From: Eledone cirrhosa
Taxonomy: Eukaryota
DNA: 64,000 nucleotides
Direction of reading: 5' to 3'
NCBI GenBank assembly: GCA_964016885.1
Contig: OZ024740.1
Location: 213,838,001 to 213,902,000 of the forward strand
The translations under genes were made by a program, and so were the position numbers. The notes below the pieces were generated by a model, which did no database searches, was not told where the DNA came from, and saw nothing but the letters and a program-made list of their open reading frames with translations. Below, one piece after another: positions 1 through 12,047 of this stretch; the stretch's first letter is position 1, and every line of letters begins with the position of its first letter.

Positions 1-331
1 ATGGCTTAGTGGTTAGAGCATTGGCCTTGCAATCGAAAGGTTGTGAGTTCAATTCTCAGACTGGGTGATGTGTTGTTTCCTTGAGCAAGACACTTTATTT
101 CACATTGCTTCAGTTTACTCAGCTGTAGAAATGAGAGGGTCCCTATCATTCCACTGCAAAATGGTCGTGGAGGTGCCACGGCAAAAAAGCACCCAGCACT
201 CACTGTAAATGAGGTTGGTGTTAGGAAGGGCATCCAGCTGTAGAAATCAAGCCAGAATCAGTTTCCGTCCCACCCTTGCAAGCAGGGAAAAAAGCGGACG
301 TAAAATGAAATGATGATGATGATGATGATGA
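1..331 (+). mobile_element. tRNA-derived SINE, family A (RTE-type tail)
   Basis: A-box (tggcttagtgg), B-box (gagttcaattc), CORE-like tccttgagcaagacactt, tail ttaggaagggcatccagctgtagaaa...(tga)n shared with the RTE 3' end at 15558-15730. Confidence 0.85.
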
Positions 332-424
332 TATGTGTATATTTATTATATCCTCTATTTATTATATATTTATTAAATCCTCTTCGGATTTTAGTCTTCA
401 CATTTATTATTACAATATATATGT

Positions 425-635
425 AGGGTGGTGGATTGGCAGTAGAGGGTCAGACGCCATGCTTTGCAGCTTAGAGTTACGGTCCTTTATGATCTGAATT
501 CAAATCCCGCCGAGGTTAACTTTGCCTTTCATCCTTACGGGGTCGATAAAATAAAGCACTGGGGTTGATTTGATCGACTTTCCCCTCCCCCCCAAAATTG
601 CTGGCCTTGTGCCTATATAAGAAACCATTATTACT
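425..635 (+). mobile_element. tRNA-derived SINE, family B
   Basis: ggtggattggcag head, ttcaaatcccgccgagg B-box, central gcctttcatccttacggggtcgataaaataaag domain, (tta)n tail. Many copies in the window. Confidence 0.8.
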
Positions 636-711
636 ATATATATATATATGTGTATATTTATTATATCCTCTATTTATTATATATTTATTAAATCCTCTTC
701 GGATTTTAGTC

Positions 712-1020
712 TTCATTTTACGTCCACTTTTCCCTGCTTGCAAGGGTGGGACGGGAACTGATTCTGGCTTGATTTCTACAGCTGGATGCCCTTCCTAACA
801 CCAACCTCATTTACAGTGAGTGCTGGGTGCTTTTTTGCCGTGGCACCTCCACGACCACTTTGCAGTGGAATGATAGGGACCCTCTCATTTCTACAGCTGA
901 GTAAACTGGAGCAATGTGAAATAAAGTGCCTTGCTCAAAGAAACAACACATCACCCGGTCTGAGAATTGAACTCACAACCTTTCGATTGCAAGGCTCTAA
1001 CCACTAAGCCATGTGCCTCC
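712..1020 (-). mobile_element. SINE family A, inverted near-identical copy of 1-331
   Basis: The reverse complement matches 1-310 with a few substitutions and small indels. Confidence 0.87.
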
Positions 1021-1931
1021 ATATATGTATATATATATATATATGTATATATGTATTCTCTGCTTCATAGTTTTACAACACTTCCCCATAAATAAAAAAA
1101 AACAAACCAAGAGAACAAGCTCAGTCAGTTTTCTTTTTTGTATGATAGTGAGATCTGTATTTTCAACTTTGAAAGTCACACTTGTCTATAAATAAACCAG
1201 AAACCAGCTTTACTTACCCTCAAACTGTCTTCTATTATTGTTGTAAATCTAAAGATTTGGGTTTGTTTGCAGCTGTAGACTGACTTGTTTGTTCCAAATA
1301 TCACTTATGGGACATGTTTAGGTTTGTCTTTCTATATCTCTATGTGTATGTGCATATGTGTGTGTATGTTTGTATGTTTGTATGTGTGTATATGCATGTA
1401 TACATTTGTGAATGTCTAAATATTGCATATGCAAAGACAGGCACATGCATGTGTTTGTGCATTCACCACAGTATATGTATGTTAGTTAGGTATGTAACAA
1501 CAGTTACAGGCAGTGTGCCACGCACGCACACACGCGCGTGCGTATATTATTTATACAGCAGAAATAACCTTATCCCTTGCCACTGAAAGCTCCTGTATAA
1601 ACCTGAAGGCAATGCAAATGGAGACCCCCTAGGATGGCAATTGTTGTCATGGATCACACTTGAATAAGTTTATGTAGCCTCCTATGTGGTTACATCTCAG
1701 GAGGTTTCATGGCTGTTTTTAACGATAGTGGGGCCCTAGCCCTATCATCTATGTTGGCATTAACACCAAATAAGGGCAACTAGCTTCAAAACTATGCAAA
1801 AAATGGAGAAGACAAATATTGTGTATGTTGCAGCACAAGAAACGTGTATCTGATATTGATATCTGGCTTAATGAGGTATAGTTTCCTGAGGGCCCATGTT
1901 GTGTGTGTTTGTGTTTGAGTACGCATGTGTA

Positions 1932-1972
<41 letters not shown>

Positions 1973-2289
1973 GAAAAGTATAGAAATTGTTGTAGCGAGA
2001 AGCTAACAGTATTCCATAACATATATGTGACTATAGCGTCAAAATGGGAAAATAGTTAACATAAGATATGGGGAAAATAATTCAGACTCAATTCAAAAGG
2101 AATCAGGATATAGACTTATCCAACAGAATTTAGAGAAATCCAGGGAAAAATCAATAGAGCCTTAACTCATGATAAAACAAAGTCTAAAGTACTCAACCTT
2201 CAATTTGGGACAACTTCAAATGCTCTGTATAGTCTTGAAAAGACTATTTCACGAAAAAAAAAAAAAATATATATATATATAGTAAATAT

Positions 2290-2443
2290 GGTTGGTGTTA
2301 GGAAGGGCATCCAGCATTAGAAAACCTGCCAGATAGTCCTATACGAGCGTGACGCAGTCACTTGACCAATCTTGCCTCAAGTGGGACAGTTGCCATCTAA
2401 CCCATGCTAGTGTGGAAGATAGACATTAAACGATGATGATGAT
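2290..2443 (+). mobile_element. 5'-truncated RTE/SINE-A tail
   Basis: ggttggtgttaggaagggcatccagc...gacattaaacgatgatgatgat. Confidence 0.7.
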
Positions 2444-2999
2444 ACAGAGAAATATGTATCACAATGTTATAAATAAACCGAAATCAACTACTTATAGCCT
2501 TCAATCCTTTTAATACTATATAATGTTCCGGCTTGTACCATCTATACAGGTTATTTAGTGTTTCATTTTATCTGCGCCACAGCCAACCAACTGAAATGTC
2601 TGTTCATCCCTGGTTGGTTAGCTCCATATTATAATAATTATGTACATATATACATATATTATCATTATTCTGTTTGCTTTCCATTATGTGTAGTTAATTT
2701 TCAATGGAAGGCAGGATAATGTCCTGGTGTTACAATGTAGACTGTATAAAGTGTCCCACTTTCTTTGTCACACCTTCTCCTTTCCTTCTCACATAGGCAC
2801 ACATAATGTTACTGTTATATGCAATATCTTTACTTGTATATATACATAAGTATATATTTGTTCAGGATATTTTGTTTTTTGTTTCTTGCCACCAAAATTA
2901 TATTCCTTTTGTGTGTTTAGATCTTTAAAGGACACCAATAGAAATAACTTTATAAATAGCATATTTGTTATATTAACAACTTCTATAGAAGAAGGATCT

Positions 3000-3130
3000 A
3001 AGGTGACTAATTGGCAGAGTCGTTAGAACGTCAGATAGAATGCTTTAAGGTATTAGTTCCTTCTCTCTGCCTTACCTTTCGTCCTTTTGAGGTCAATAAA
3101 AAGTACCTGTCTAGTACTGGGGGTTGATTT
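3000..3130 (+). mobile_element. Degenerate SINE family B
   Basis: attggcagagtcgttag head and gaggtcaataaaaagtacctg..actgggggttgat domain. Confidence 0.55.
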
Positions 3131-3983
3131 TTCCTTTATATCTCTTTCTCACTTCCATTCTTTCACTTTAAAAATGCCCTAGAAATGCCATATATCAATA
3201 TGGCACCCCTACAACGCCCTTAGGTGTTATTGGACCATACTATATGTCTTTCTCACTTCCTTTCTCTCACTTTCTGTTCTTCTCTGGAAGAAATCTGGAG
3301 AAGAGATGAGCTCCACCAAGTTGCCCATGAAACGCTGTATAATCACTACAACGCTCTTACGACTCCAACAGGAGTTACAAGACTAGAAGGAAAATAGAAG
3401 TATCTATATTCAAAACACATAATATAAACTTCTATGTGAGCAAACTGTCTCCTCAATACGCTTGTGTCACATGTTATTATAATATTGTACTACTTTTGGT
3501 ATACTATAATTTTTTAGAAAAAAATTGGTACAAAATAACCAATTTATGACATTATTGATTAGGTTAATCTAAATCTGGGAGGATTTGAACTAAAAAAGAC
3601 AAAAACACCAAGTTCAGAACCCTTGTTTCAGTTGTGCTACCATCTTTAGGGATAATAAAATAATGCTAAATAGAATTGAAAAATAATTTTCATTAAAATT
3701 CCTTTTTTTTACTTCATTTTGTATCAATATTGATAAATGTAGGTAAATATGTCAACATTGTACTGGCCTACTGACCCAGCTGTGTAATTAATTCTTTTGT
3801 CACACAATATTGATAATACACTGTATTTGGAGTAATTTATGGAGAATTTTGAAGGATTTACTGAAATCACTATTTCATTATTTAGATGGTATTTGTAACA
3901 TAACAAAGGGTTCTTATACCAAATTATATTGGAAGATTTTTTTTTATCTAAATATATAATATATATAATAGACGATCATAGGT

Positions 3984-4228
3984 TGTTACATATAGTTACA
4001 CTGTGTTACATATAGTTACACTGTTTTACATATAGTTACACTGTGTTACATATAGTTTCACTGTGTTACATATAGTTACACTGTGTTGTTACATATAGTT
4101 ATACTGTGTTACATATAGTTACACTGTGTTATATATAGTTACACTGCTTTACATATAGTTACACTGTGTTACATATAGTTACACTGTGTTACATATAATT
4201 TCACTGTGCTACATATAGTTACACTGTT
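3984..4228. repeat. 20-bp minisatellite (gttacatatagttacactgt), about 12 copies
   Basis: Direct reading. Confidence 0.92.
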
Positions 4229-4257
4229 GATATCTCATTATTATGGTCTGGTCTGAG

Positions 4258-4565
4258 GGCGGTGGATTGGCAGTATCGGTAGAGGGTTGGACGTCATGCT
4301 TTCCAGCATAGTTACGTCCCTTTACGATCTGAGTTCAAATCCCGCCGAGGTTGACTTTGCCTTACATCCTTACGGGGTCGATAAAATAAAGTACCAGTAA
4401 TGCACTGGGTTATTGCTGGCCTTGTGCCAAAAGTAGAAACAATTATTATGGTCTGAGTTCAAATCCCGCCGAGGTTAACTTTGCCTTCATCCTTACGGGG
4501 TTGATAAGGTACCAGTAATGCACTGGGTAATTGCTGGTCTTGTGCCAAAAGTAGAAACAATTGTT
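4258..4565 (+). mobile_element. SINE family B with tandemly duplicated 3' half
   Basis: Full copy 4258-4448, followed by a repeat from tctgagttcaaatcccgccgagg to gtagaaacaatt. Confidence 0.8.
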
Positions 4566-5036
4566 ACATATAACATAAACCAGTTCCTTATTGATTTATT
4601 GTTATATTTTGTTGTTATATCTAAGATGGCGTAGATATTGTTTACAAATGTCATTCTATATATATTGTAAAGGTTCTATTACATAAATATTTAAACATCG
4701 TAAAAACACCCCATCAAACTATCATAGTAGCTAATAAAGTGGAATATATTAATTATTTACAGAAACATTGTCAGTATAATGATATGGTGTTATCATTTAA
4801 CTGAGGTTTCTGGACAAATATATTAATTTGACTTATTTCTTTTCATTATGAATTATTTATGAAGTTTTATTGGTTAGTTGTGTTTCTATAATGGCTGTAT
4901 GTATTTCAATTTATTTGTCACAACTGTAGTGTAAAAATAATCTTTCTGCTTCCCATGTCAGCAGTTTAGTCTCAGTTCTCCTCATAACTGTTTAGCATTT
5001 AAACTGGCCAGATACGGCCAGAATTCTCTCACCTCT

Positions 5037-5262
5037 TTCTGTTCAAACTAGCCACATCTGACTAGATTTTTCACTGCTTTCTGTTCAAACTAGCCACATC
5101 TGACTAGATTTTTCACTGCTTTCTGTTCAAACTAGCCACATCTGACTAGATTTTTCACTGCTTTCTGTTCAAACTAGCCACATCTGACTAGATTTTTTCA
5201 CTGCTTTCTGTTCAAACTAGCCACATCTGACTAGATTTTTCACCGCTTTCTGTTCAAACTGG
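5037..5262. repeat. 42-bp tandem repeat, about 5.5 copies
   Basis: ttctgttcaaactagccacatctgactagatttttcactgct. Confidence 0.92.
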
Positions 5263-5359
5263 TCATAGCCAGCCGCTAATACCGTCATTAAGGTATTCTT
5301 CTCAAAATAAATAATAACATCACCAGAATCTCATTCAATATTATGTGAGATAATACATT

Positions 5360-5840
5360 TTTCCAACAAACCTGAATTCCATGCGTCTAACACCCAAGGA
5401 CATGCTTACAAAATCAGAAAACAGTAGAGTTCCTATGACTTTCGGAAACATTTTTTCACACTCAGAGTTGCTGAAGCATGGAACAAACTCCCTGCATCAG
5501 TTGTTAGCTGTTGGGACACTGCATCCTTCAAAACTTCCATGCTTCTTGAAATTCACCAACACTGCATCTGATATCCCCCCCCCCTCCATACACATGCACA
5601 CGAGTGTGTGTGTCTGTGTGTATATCATAACTCATGCACTGTTCACTCCCTGACTTTTGTACATGTACTATACATGCACTTTTGATGAGTTGTAGTGCAC
5701 CTGAGCACCGTACACACTAATTTTCATTATATTATGACTCATACACTATTCATTTTCCTGACATTTGTACATTATGCTATGTACTATACATGCACCTTTG
5801 ATGAGTTGTAGTGCACCTGAGCACTAATTTTTATTATTAT
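5360..5840 (+). mobile_element. CR1/L2-type LINE 3' fragment with duplicated 3' end
   Basis: Translates NTQGHAYKIRKQ*SSYDFRKHFFTLRVAEAWNKLPASVVSC, a typical CR1-group ORF2 C-terminus with an in-frame stop. The 3' UTR ending (att)n occurs twice (about 5650-5735 and 5755-5840). Confidence 0.75.
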
Positions 5841-6149
5841 TAAATTATAATACTATGAAAATACAATAATAAATATAGAGTAATATAAAGGCTAAATGGT
5901 TAAGAAGCCTTTCATTTCATCCGTCATTTCATGTCTTCTAACTCGAATTTGTTGACTCTTATATGAGTTGGATTATGTTTTATGTGTTGAAGGAGATAAA
6001 CCCTACTGAACTTCCATGCCATTGATACATTTCTTGGAGGTAAATATCTTCAGCGGTGTATTACAAAGACCAAATGCATAAATAAGGTCCAAAAATTTAT
6101 CATCATCGTCATCATTATCATTATCATCATCATCATCATCATCATCATA

Positions 6150-6380
6150 AGGGTATTGGATTGGCCATATCGGTAGAATGTCGGACAACATGCTTTGTGG
6201 CATAGTTACGCCCCTTTATGTTCTGAGTTCAAATCCTGCCAATGTTAGCTTTGCCTATCATCCTTACGGGGTTGATAAAATAAATTACCAGTAATGCACT
6301 GGGGTTGATATTATTGACTTTCTGTTTCCCTTCAAATTGCTGGCCTTATGCTAAAAGTAGAAACAATCATCATCATCATC
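6150..6380 (+). mobile_element. SINE family B
   Basis: Same head, central domain and tail as 425-635. Confidence 0.75.
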
Positions 6381-7124
6381 ACACCCACTTTATCCATTAT
6401 TGCATGGGTTTTTGAGAGGGTTTTTCTAGCATATTTTAAGTATGGTGTATATACTGCTAGGACTTAGGGGACCGGGACTGTACACACATATATACTGCTG
6501 AAGTTCATCAGACGTCAACACTAGGAGACATTTTAAGTATGGTATATATACTGCTATGACTCTATCAAGAGTTACAGGGACACACATATATATACCGCTG
6601 AGGTTCATCAGATGTCTGTTGACAGAGGACAGATAGATCATCATTTACTTTTATTAAACAGTGTTGATATGAAGATGTTTGCAGTGACTATCACACACAC
6701 ACACACACACACATGTTTATGTGGATGCAGTATAGCAGAATGGTTAAGGAGTTTTCTTTGCAGTCCTGGTTTTGAACCCACTGTGTGGCATCTTGAGCAA
6801 GTGTCATTTACCATAACCTCAGGTCCACCGTAGTCTTGAGAGTAAAACTGGGTAGATTTAAACTATTTGGAATCCCATCAGATGTACGGTACATGTAATT
6901 CAAAGGTCTAGGTTTGTCAGAAACTGTGTCATGCTGAATCTCCCCGACAATTACGTTAAGAGTATATGTGTGTATGGAATGCTCAATCACTTACATGCTA
7001 ATTTCATGAGCAGGTTATTCCATTGATAAATCAATATGTTGACTAATAGATAGTGGTTATGTCACGACTTATTTCTAGTCTCAATATCTTAGATCCATCT
7101 CACTATTTTCCTCAGAAACCAACT

Positions 7125-9745
7125 GTGTTAGTGACACAGTAAAATGTCCCCAGCCCACTCTGTAAAGTGGTGGTGTTGGTGACACAGTAAAATGTCCCCG
7201 GCCCACTCTGTAAAGTGGTGGTGTTGGTGACACAGTAAAATGTCCCCAGCCCACTCTGTAAAGTGGTGGTGTTAGTGACACAGTAAAATGTCCCCGGCCC
7301 ACTCTGTAAAGTGGTGGTGTTGGTGACACAGTAAAATCTCCCCAGCCCACTCTGTAAAGTGGTGGTGTTGGTGACACAGTAAAATGTCCCCAGCCCACTC
7401 TGTAAAGTGATAGCGTTGGTGACACAGTAAAATGTCCCCAGTACACTCTGTAAAGTGGTGGTGTTGGTGACACAGTAAAATGTCCCCAGCCCACTCTGTA
7501 AAGTGGTGGTGTTGGTGACACAGTAAAATGTCCCCAGCCCACTCTTTAAAGTGGTGGTGTTGGTGACACAGTAAAATGTCCCCAGCACACTCTGTAAAGT
7601 GTTGGTGACACAGTAAAATGTCCCCAGCCCACTCTGTAAAGTGATAGCGTTGGTGACACAGTAAAATGTCCCCAGTACACTCTGTAAAGTGGTGGTGTTG
7701 GTGACACAGTAAAATGTCCCCAGCCCACTCTGTAAAGTGATAGCGTTGGTGACACAGTAAAATGTCCCCAGCCCACACTGTAAAGTGGTGGTGTTGGTGA
7801 CACAGTAAAATCTCCCCAGCCCACTCTGTAAAGTGATAGCGTTGGTGACACAGTAAAATGTCCCCAGTACACTCTGTAAAGTGGTGGTGTTGGTGACACA
7901 GTAAAATGTCCCCAGCCCACTCTGTAAAGTGATAGCGTTGGTGACACAGTAAAATGTCCCCAGCCCACACTGTAAAGTGGTGGTGTTGGTGACACAGTAA
8001 AATCTCCCCAGCCCACTCTGTAAAGTGATAGCGTTGGTGACACAGTAAAATGTCCCCAGTACACTCTGTAAAGTGGTGGTGTTGGTGACACAGTAAAATG
8101 TCCCCAGCCCACTCTGTAAAGTGATAGCGTTGGTGACACAGTAAAATGTCCCCAGCCCACTCTGTAAAGTGGTGGTGTTGGTGACACAGTAAAATGTCCC
8201 CAGCCCACTCTGTAAAGTGATAGCGTTGGTGACACAGTAAAATGTCCCCAGCCCACACTGTAAAGTGGTGGTGTTGGTGACACAGTAAAATCTCCCCAGC
8301 CCACTCTGTAAAGTGATAGCGTTGGTGACACAGTAAAATGTCCCCAGTACACTCTGTAAAGTGGTGGTGTTGGTGACACAGTAAAATGTCCCCAGCCCAC
8401 TCTGTAAAGTGATAGCGTTGGTGACACAGTAAAATGTCCCCAGTACACTCTGTAAAGTGGTGGTGTTGGTGACACAGTAAAATCTCCCCAGCCCACTCTG
8501 TAAAGTGATAGCGTTGGTGAAACAGTAAAATGTCCCCAGTACACTCTGTAAAGTGGTGGTGTTGGTGACACAGTAAAATCTCCCCAGCCCACTCTGTAAA
8601 GTGGTGGTGTTGGTGACACAGTAAAATGTCCCCAGCCCACTCTGTAAAGTGGTGGTGTTGGTGACACAGTAAAATGTCCCCAGCCCACTCTGTAAAGTGA
8701 TAACGTTGGTGACACAGTAAAATGTCCCCAGCACACTCTGTAAAGTGTTGGTGACACAGTAAAATGTCCCCAGCCCACTCTGTAAAGTGGTGGTGTTGGT
8801 GACACAGTAAAATGTCCCCAGCCCACTCTTTAAAGTGGTGGTGTTGGTGACACAGTAAAATGTCCCCAGCCCACTCTTTAAAGTGGTGGTGTTGGTGACA
8901 CAGTAAAATGTTCCCAGCCCACTCTGTAAAGTGATAGCGTTGGTGACACAGTAAAATCTCCCCAGCCAACTCTGTAAAGTGGTGGTGTTGGTGACACAGT
9001 AAAATGTCCCCAGCCCACTCTGTAAAGTGATAGCGTTGGTGACACAGTAAAATGTCCCTAGTACACTCTGTAAAGTGGTGGTGTTGGTGACACAGTAAAA
9101 TCTCCACAGCCCACTCTGTAAAGTGGTGGTGTTGGTGACACAGTAAAATGTCCCCAGCCCACTCTGTAAAGTGATGGTGTTGGTGACACAGTAAAATGTC
9201 CCCAGCCCACTGTGTAAAGTGATAGCGTTGGTGACACAGTAAAATGTCCCCAGCACACCCTGTAAAGTGGTGGTGTTGGTGACACAGTAAAATCTCCCCA
9301 GCCCACTCTCTAAAGTGGTGGTGTTGGTGACACAGTAAAATGTCCCCAGCCCACTCTGTAAAGTGATAGCGTTGGTGACACAGTAAAATCTCCCCAGCCC
9401 ACTGTAAAGTGGTGTTGGTGACACAGTAAAATCTCCCCAGCACACTCTGTAAAGTGTTAGCATTGGTGACACAATAAAATGTCCCCAGCACACTCTGTAA
9501 AGTGTTAGCATTGGTGACACAATAAAATGTCCCCAGCACACTCTGTAAAGTGGTGGTGTTGGTGACACAGTAAAATCTCCCCAGCACACTCTGTAAAGTG
9601 TTAGTATTGGTGTTATGATAGAAAGCATTGAGCTCATCTTGTAAAGTGGTAGCGCTGCTGCCATGATAAAAAACACATAGTCCATCCTGTGTGATGATAG
9701 AGCGGGTACAGTGGTAAAATGTAACCAGTACACTCTGTAAAGTGG
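7125..9745. repeat. 48-bp minisatellite, about 54 copies
   Basis: gacacagtaaaatgtccccagcccactctgtaaagtggtggtgttggt, with variants (gatagc, gtac, atct). Last copies degenerate. Confidence 0.95.
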
Positions 9746-9890
9746 TTGGCATTAGGAAGTGCATCCAGTTGTAGAAACATTGTCCAAAATGGAACGTCAA
9801 AGTAAGACACGGTCTTATGACCTGTCTAGTCAGAATGTGAGAACCTATTTAATCTAGGTAAGCATGGAAAATATATGTTGATGATGATGT
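9730..9890 (+). mobile_element. RTE/SINE-A type tail contiguous with the 48-bp array
   Basis: ctgtaaagtggttggcattaggaagtgcatccagttgtagaaac...gcatggaaaatatatgttgatgatgatg. Confidence 0.7.
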
Positions 9891-10494
9891 TTATGTGTGT
9901 ATCAGTGATTATTATATATATATACACAGCACAATAAATACCATCTTATTGAAATGTAGTTCTTCAAAAGTAGTTGACATGGGAAGTCTTTGAAAAGCAG
10001 TTTTAATTAAAGTAGAAAATAATCTAAATATATTAATTAAAGAAATATATTTCATGACATTTTGAAATTGATTTTATTTTTACTTTTCTCATTGTCAGAA
10101 CATTTTCTTTTTTTTCTTTTCAATGACTAGTTTATTGTTCAAATTTCAATTGGTGTATGTGTGTGGTTAAAACGTGGTCTATGTTTTAGTTTGTTGTTTA
10201 GTTACTTAGATACCACAGTTGTTTATTATATTACTCATATGATAATACCAAATAACAGCTCTTTTCATTTATTTCTAACCAATGCAGTAATACAGAATAC
10301 CTGCCTTCCCATGAATACAGGTTGAAGCATACATATAGTATTCACACCCCTCTCATGGGCACAGGCTGAAGCATACATTTGGTATGCTCCTTCTTCACCC
10401 CTCTTCCACACACCTCCCATGTCCTAACACTCTGCTCCCCACTCACGTTCATATACCCACCTGCCTAATCCCCACACACCCCACCAAAACCCAC

Positions 10495-10706
10495 AGCCCA
10501 CACTGTAAAGTGGTTGTGTAGGAGTCACAACAAAATGCACCCAGCACACACTGTGAATGTAGTTGGTGTTAGGAAGGGCATCTAGTCATAGAAACCAAAC
10601 CCAAATCAGTTCTGTATGAGCAAGACATGGCCTATCTCACAACAGGACAACTCATCTAACCCATGCTAACATGGAAAATGGATGTTAAACAGTGATGATA
10701 ATGATA
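10495..10706 (+). mobile_element. SINE-A/RTE type 3' part
   Basis: Internal cactgtaaagtgg..cacccagcac repeat followed by the ttaggaagggcatc tail. Confidence 0.7.
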
Positions 10707-10708
10707 TC

Positions 10709-11083
10709 TTGAGCATTTTGACATTGGGCTTGCAATCGAAAGGTTGTGAGTTCAATTCTCAGACGGGGTGATGTGTTGTTGCCTTGAGCAAGACACTTTA
10801 TTTTTCACATTGTTCCAGTTTACTCAGCTGTAGAAATGAGATGATAGGACTGGGGTCCCTATCATTCCACTGCAAAGTGGTCGTAGAGGTGCCACAGCAA
10901 AAAAGCACCCAGCCTACACTGTAAAGTGGATGTGTAGGCACCACGGAAAAAAGCACTCAGCACTCACTGTAAATGAGGTTGGTGTTAGGAAGGGCATCCA
11001 GCTGTAGAAATCAAGCCAGAATCAGTTCCCGTCCCACCCTTGCAAGCAGGGAAAAGCGGACGTAAAATGATGTTGATGATGAT
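10709..11083 (+). mobile_element. SINE family A, longer version
   Basis: Matches 1-331 but retains the atgataggac-tggg-gtccctatcat hairpin and one extra internal ~48-bp repeat. Confidence 0.85.
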
Positions 11084-11099
11084 ATATATAATTATATAT

Positions 11100-11240
11100 T
11101 CGTGTACAGATATTTTTACATAGACAATAACAAAATATAAACAAACGTATTTATTTCACGAGGCTCGATAAGGATAAATATATATCAAATATATAAGAAC
11201 CCTAGAACAAATCCTGAGCAATGCCGGGCCATTCTGCTAG
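11100..11240 (+). mobile_element. Helitron-like 3' terminus
   Basis: cctgagcaatgccggg imperfect hairpin about 10 nt before CTAG|T. The 5' boundary was not found. Confidence 0.4.
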
Positions 11241-11756
11241 TATTTATCTAAAAACCTATAATAATTTGATATAAGACCCTTTGTTATGTCCCAGCTTAAT
11301 AATGAGAAAGTTATTTCCCTAAATCCCTCCAAATTCCTTATTGCCTCACTGTAGTCACTATATATTCAACTTAAAAACAATGGATTAAATAAAGGAGGGA
11401 AAGGGCAAGGATTATTAATCAACGAAAGAAAGAGGGCAAGGGGAGACGGTGACAGACTCTACACTTGAGTCAGAGCGGTGTTTTAGTTGTGTCCCGTGAA
11501 CAAATGGCAAAGGCATTGCTGCAGACAATGGCCAGAAACATCCGCTGCAACAGCCACCCCACCTTGTGGGGTTCCTTCCCCAGACAGGCTGGTGTCATTC
11601 AGATTTTATGGATGAGGTCAGCTATTATTTTCCAAATCATGGTGTCTTTCAATAAAAATCTGGTAACCAAAGGGTTAATTCCTCTTCAGTCGTTCCTCCA
11701 ACTGCAGTTCTGACTCACATGGCTAAATATATATTTGTGTTAATGTTGCAATATGA

Positions 11757-12047
11757 AGAGGTTGACTTTGCCTTTCATCCTTACGGGGTCGATAAAATAA
11801 AGTACCAGTAATGCACTGGGTAATTGCTGGCTTTGTGCCTAAAGTAGAAACAATTATTTGTGGATTGGCAGTATCGGTAGAGGGTCGGACGCCATGCTCT
11901 CTAGCATAGTTACGTCCCTTTACAGTCTGAGTTCAAATCCCGCCGAGGTTAACTTTGCCTTTCATCCTTACAGGGTCGATTAAATAAAGTACCAGTAATG
12001 TACTGGGTAATTGCTGGCCTTGTGCCTAAAGTAGAAACAATTATTTG
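11757..12047 (+). mobile_element. Two tandem SINE family B copies (first is 5'-truncated)
   Basis: The central domain and tail occur twice. Confidence 0.8.

Larger units (their letters stand above)
4985..5902 (-). mobile_element. Degenerate piggyBac-type MITE, interrupted by a 42-bp array and a CR1 fragment
   Basis: Left end tttagcatttaaactggccagatacggccagaattctctcacct is the reverse complement of the right ends of the copies at 17071-17254 and 41347-41787. Right end gctaaatggttaa. Confidence 0.6.

Noticed and set aside
1-70. tRNA gene
   Set aside because: A and B boxes are present but there is no closed cloverleaf, and the sequence continues into a SINE body and tail.
7081-9800. Long minus-strand ORFs (873, 842, 426 aa)
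   Set aside because: They are translations of a stop-poor 48-bp repeat, open in several frames, with no domain or splice context.
9789-9801. ATGGAACGTCAAA|GTAAGA as a possible phase-1 first exon of KATNB1
   Set aside because: It lies inside a retroposon tail and has no similarity to the katanin p80 N-terminus.
11400-11720. GC-richer stretch with an 82-aa ORF as a possible exon of another gene
   Set aside because: No recognisable homology or convincing splice sites; it sits among transposon remnants.
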